Origin: a phage
Length of the DNA: 64,000 nucleotides
Direction: 5' to 3' (one strand)
Sequence record: PZ151149.1
In this document: piece after piece, positions 61,529 through 64,000 of the stretch
Position numbering within the stretch: position 1 is the first letter of the stretch
Layout: the number at the start of each line of letters is the position of its first letter
Notes under the pieces: generated by a model
Database searches by the model: none
Told to the model about the DNA's origin: nothing
Seen by the model: only the letters and a program-made list of their open reading frames with translations
Position numbers and translations under genes: made by a program

Positions 61529-62586
61529 TGAAAATTAGTGTTATCAATGATGCCGTTGATAGCTTTAAAGCGGGGGTTAAAACCTCCGCTGGTTTTACCT
61601 CAAAAAATAAAGGGAAAACATTAACCGCTCAATTCCCCGCTGAACGTGCTAGCGGTAATGATGCTAGCGGTTATTATATCAACGACTTATATAATAATGG
61701 TCTGTTATTCACTGCATACGATTACACATCTCGTACTACTGGATCGTTGCGTGATTTCAGGAAAAAGAAAAATGTTGCTAGCGGTTTTGGCGGTAGCGTT
61801 AATATCGCTGGTTTTGATTTAAATTTGGGTGGGAGAAATGCTGCATTTGACCGAGAGGCAATTGCTAATATTCTTCTTCCTCGTAGTCAATCTGACGTTG
61901 ACGCTGCCAGCCATAAGTTTAATGATGTTGGTGAATCTGTTATTTCTCGCGGCGGTGGTACTTTAGGCGGTGCTCTTTCTAATATGGCATCTACTGCCGT
62001 TTTTGGTGGTATCGAAAGTATTACTGGTGGATACCTTGCCGATCACGGTGAACAGATTTATAATACGGCGCGAAGCATGTATGCGGGTGCTGACGCACGA
62101 ACGAAAAACTACGTATGGCATCTAACCCCACGTAGTATTGAAGACCTTCGCAATATTCTGATCATATACGAAACGTTTTTAGAGTTGTCTTATGGTTCTA
62201 GTGGTATTTCCAGCACCGCAAAAGAATTAAAAGCGGAAGTTGATGCGTGGTATAAAAATACACTATTGAGCAAATCCACTCCAGCCGAGGCAAAGAGAAA
62301 TGATACGCTGTTTGAAGGGATCACCGATTTTCTATCAAACGTAATTACTGTATCTAACCCGACAATATGGATGATCTCTAACTTCGGTAAGCGTACATCA
62401 TTTGAAGGGCGTAGCGATGCATTTGGTCCCGCTCAGATCTCAAGTGTACGTCTGGACAAGTCGCCTGATGGTAAGTTTAATGGTCTTGCTATTTCTCCTA
62501 ACTTGCCTAGTACATTTGTTCTGGAAGTATCATTTAGAGAGATCTTGACACTTTCCCGTGGTACTATATTTGGGAGTGCGGCATAA
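61528..62586 (+). CDS. 48: baseplate tail-tube junction protein gp48
   Basis: Synteny, size 352 aa. Confidence 0.85.
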   Translation: MKISVINDAVDSFKAGVKTSAGFTSKNKGKTLTAQFPAERASGNDASGYYINDLYNNGLLFTAYDYTSRTTGSLRDFRKKKNVASGFGGSVNIAGFDLNLGGRNAAFDREAIANILLPRSQSDVDAASHKFNDVGESVISRGGGTLGGALSNMASTAVFGGIESITGGYLADHGEQIYNTARSMYAGADARTKNYVWHLTPRSIEDLRNILIIYETFLELSYGSSGISSTAKELKAEVDAWYKNTLLSKSTPAEAKRNDTLFEGITDFLSNVITVSNPTIWMISNFGKRTSFEGRSDAFGPAQISSVRLDKSPDGKFNGLAISPNLPSTFVLEVSFREILTLSRGTIFGSAA

Positions 62587-63518
62587 TGTTTGATTTAAAT
62601 GATTTTAACGAACAAGCCGCTAACCTTGACTTTCAGCGATCTAACTTATTCAGCGTGGCATTTGCCACCACTCCAAGTAATAAGACACAAGCGATCCTAG
62701 AAAGTATGGGTGGTGCGGTATATGATATTATACCAAATGCATTAAATGACTATTTCGGGATTACTCGTGGTGATTATACTGACGCATTAACAAATCTTGC
62801 TGTACAGGGTGTTAGGCGTGCTGTTGATTCATCCGGTGTCAAAAAGTATCTTTTAGGTGCAATGTCATCCCGTGTAGTTCAATCTCTTCTGGGGCAATTT
62901 GATGTTGGTACATATGCGCTTGACTGGTTCAATATGGCATATAAGACAAGCGGTCTTCTGGTGTATGCTGTTAAGGTTCCAGAAAACAGATTGAATTATG
63001 AAATGGACCGTAACCACAATGCGCCAAACATTCGAATTACCGGACGTGATTTTGATCCGCTTGTATTGAGCTTTAGAATGGACTCTAGCGCATCAAACTA
63101 TAGAGCAATGCAGGATTGGGTTAACTCAGTAGAAGACCCCGTTACAGGGCTTCGTGCGCTTCCTGTTGACGTTGAAGCAGATATTCAGGTTAACTTACAT
63201 AACCGAATGGGAGTTCCTCACACGATCATGATGTTTAATGGTTGTGTTCCTGTTGGTGTGAGTGCACCGGAATTAAACTATGAAAACAACAACGAAATCA
63301 CAACATTCGATGTTACTTTCGCATATCGTTCTATGCAAACTGGTGCTGTAGGAGAGCAAGCCGCGCGAGAATGGATTGAGGATAAGGCAATAAACGCAAT
63401 AACAAACACTTTCGGCAATAATTTACTTGATAGTGGGTTATCTGCTGCTGGTAATGCTTTATCGCGTCTAAATGGCGTTGGTGGGCGTGTGGTGAATACT
63501 GTCACTAACTGGTTCTGA
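62586..63518 (+). CDS. 54: baseplate tail-tube initiator gp54
   Basis: Synteny, size 310 aa (T4 320). Confidence 0.85.
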   Translation: MFDLNDFNEQAANLDFQRSNLFSVAFATTPSNKTQAILESMGGAVYDIIPNALNDYFGITRGDYTDALTNLAVQGVRRAVDSSGVKKYLLGAMSSRVVQSLLGQFDVGTYALDWFNMAYKTSGLLVYAVKVPENRLNYEMDRNHNAPNIRITGRDFDPLVLSFRMDSSASNYRAMQDWVNSVEDPVTGLRALPVDVEADIQVNLHNRMGVPHTIMMFNGCVPVGVSAPELNYENNNEITTFDVTFAYRSMQTGAVGEQAAREWIEDKAINAITNTFGNNLLDSGLSAAGNALSRLNGVGGRVVNTVTNWF

Positions 63519-63523
63519 TAATC

Positions 63524-63555
63524 GAAAGGCGGGGATAATCCCCGCCTTTTTATTT
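63524..63555 (+). terminator. rho-independent terminator after gene 54
   Basis: Hairpin GGCGGGGAT-AA-TCCCCGCC then TTTTTATTT. Confidence 0.65.
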
Positions 63556-64000
63556 GATTAAATCATCACATTGTTTGCGTAGTTTATAGCGATACTGTTT
63601 TGATTGTAGCAATTGAAGTTTTTCATAATCCCCTTCCTCATATGCAGCCGAAAGATCATCTTGATACGCTGCCTCCGTACCAATCACACATATACCAAAT
63701 TGGCGACGTTTACGCGCGTCTTCTTCTGCTTTACGGTTCATTTCTTCAATTGAATTTTCATGGCCATAATAATATTCGTAAATGCGTTTCTTCTCTGCTT
63801 CTTTATCTGCCTTAATCTTTGCGATCTGTTCTGCTGATTCCGGTTGACGACCTAAACGCTGTAATGAGGCGTCTTTCTTTTCAAGGTAGTCAATCACGCA
63901 ATCTTCAACGCTATTAAATGGAAAACGTGACTCTTTCTGCCATCGTTCACATGACCGTACAAACTCGTGTGTATTCTTAGATGCCAGTGTCAGATCATGC
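63550..64000 (-). CDS. hypothetical protein, partial (5' end beyond window)
   Basis: Minus-strand frame open to the window edge; Glu/Lys-rich. Confidence 0.45.
   Translation of the reverse strand, partial: HDLTLASKNTHEFVRSCERWQKESRFPFNSVEDCVIDYLEKKDASLQRLGRQPESAEQIAKIKADKEAEKKRIYEYYYGHENSIEEMNRKAEEDARKRRQFGICVIGTEAAYQDDLSAAYEEGDYEKLQLLQSKQYRYKLRKQCDDLIK

Overview
This window reads as a T4-like (Tevenvirinae-type) myovirus genome segment, identified by direct reading of the translations against remembered T4 protein sequences and gene order; no database search was run. From about 10.5 kb to the end it carries the T4 morphogenesis block in T4 order: 57A, 1, 3, 2, 4 on the minus strand, then 53, 5, 5.1, 5.4, 6-12, wac, 13-24 on the plus strand, then hoc, uvsW, uvsW.1, uvsY, 25, 26, 51, 27, 28, 29, 48, 54. 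The first 10.5 kb is an early-type accessory region on the minus strand: about 30 short ORFs, many predicted membrane proteins, driven by repeated sigma70-like promoters. It also holds a signal-peptide lytic transglycosylase, a nucleotidyltransferase-like protein, an HNH endonuclease, a GrcA-like glycyl-radical protein and a T5-type M15 endolysin. Departures from the T4 layout are the most interesting part: three free-standing endonuclease-like genes inside the 1-3-2-4 block, a self-contained promoter-to-terminator methyltransferase cassette between genes 8 and 9, a fibritin with an extra C-terminal domain after the foldon, and a DprA/Smf-like gene split at an A6 run next to an early-type module where T4 has rnlB. 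No rRNA, tRNA, CRISPR array or integrase was found. Coordinates of short ORFs and regulatory motifs were hand-counted and may be off by a few bases.
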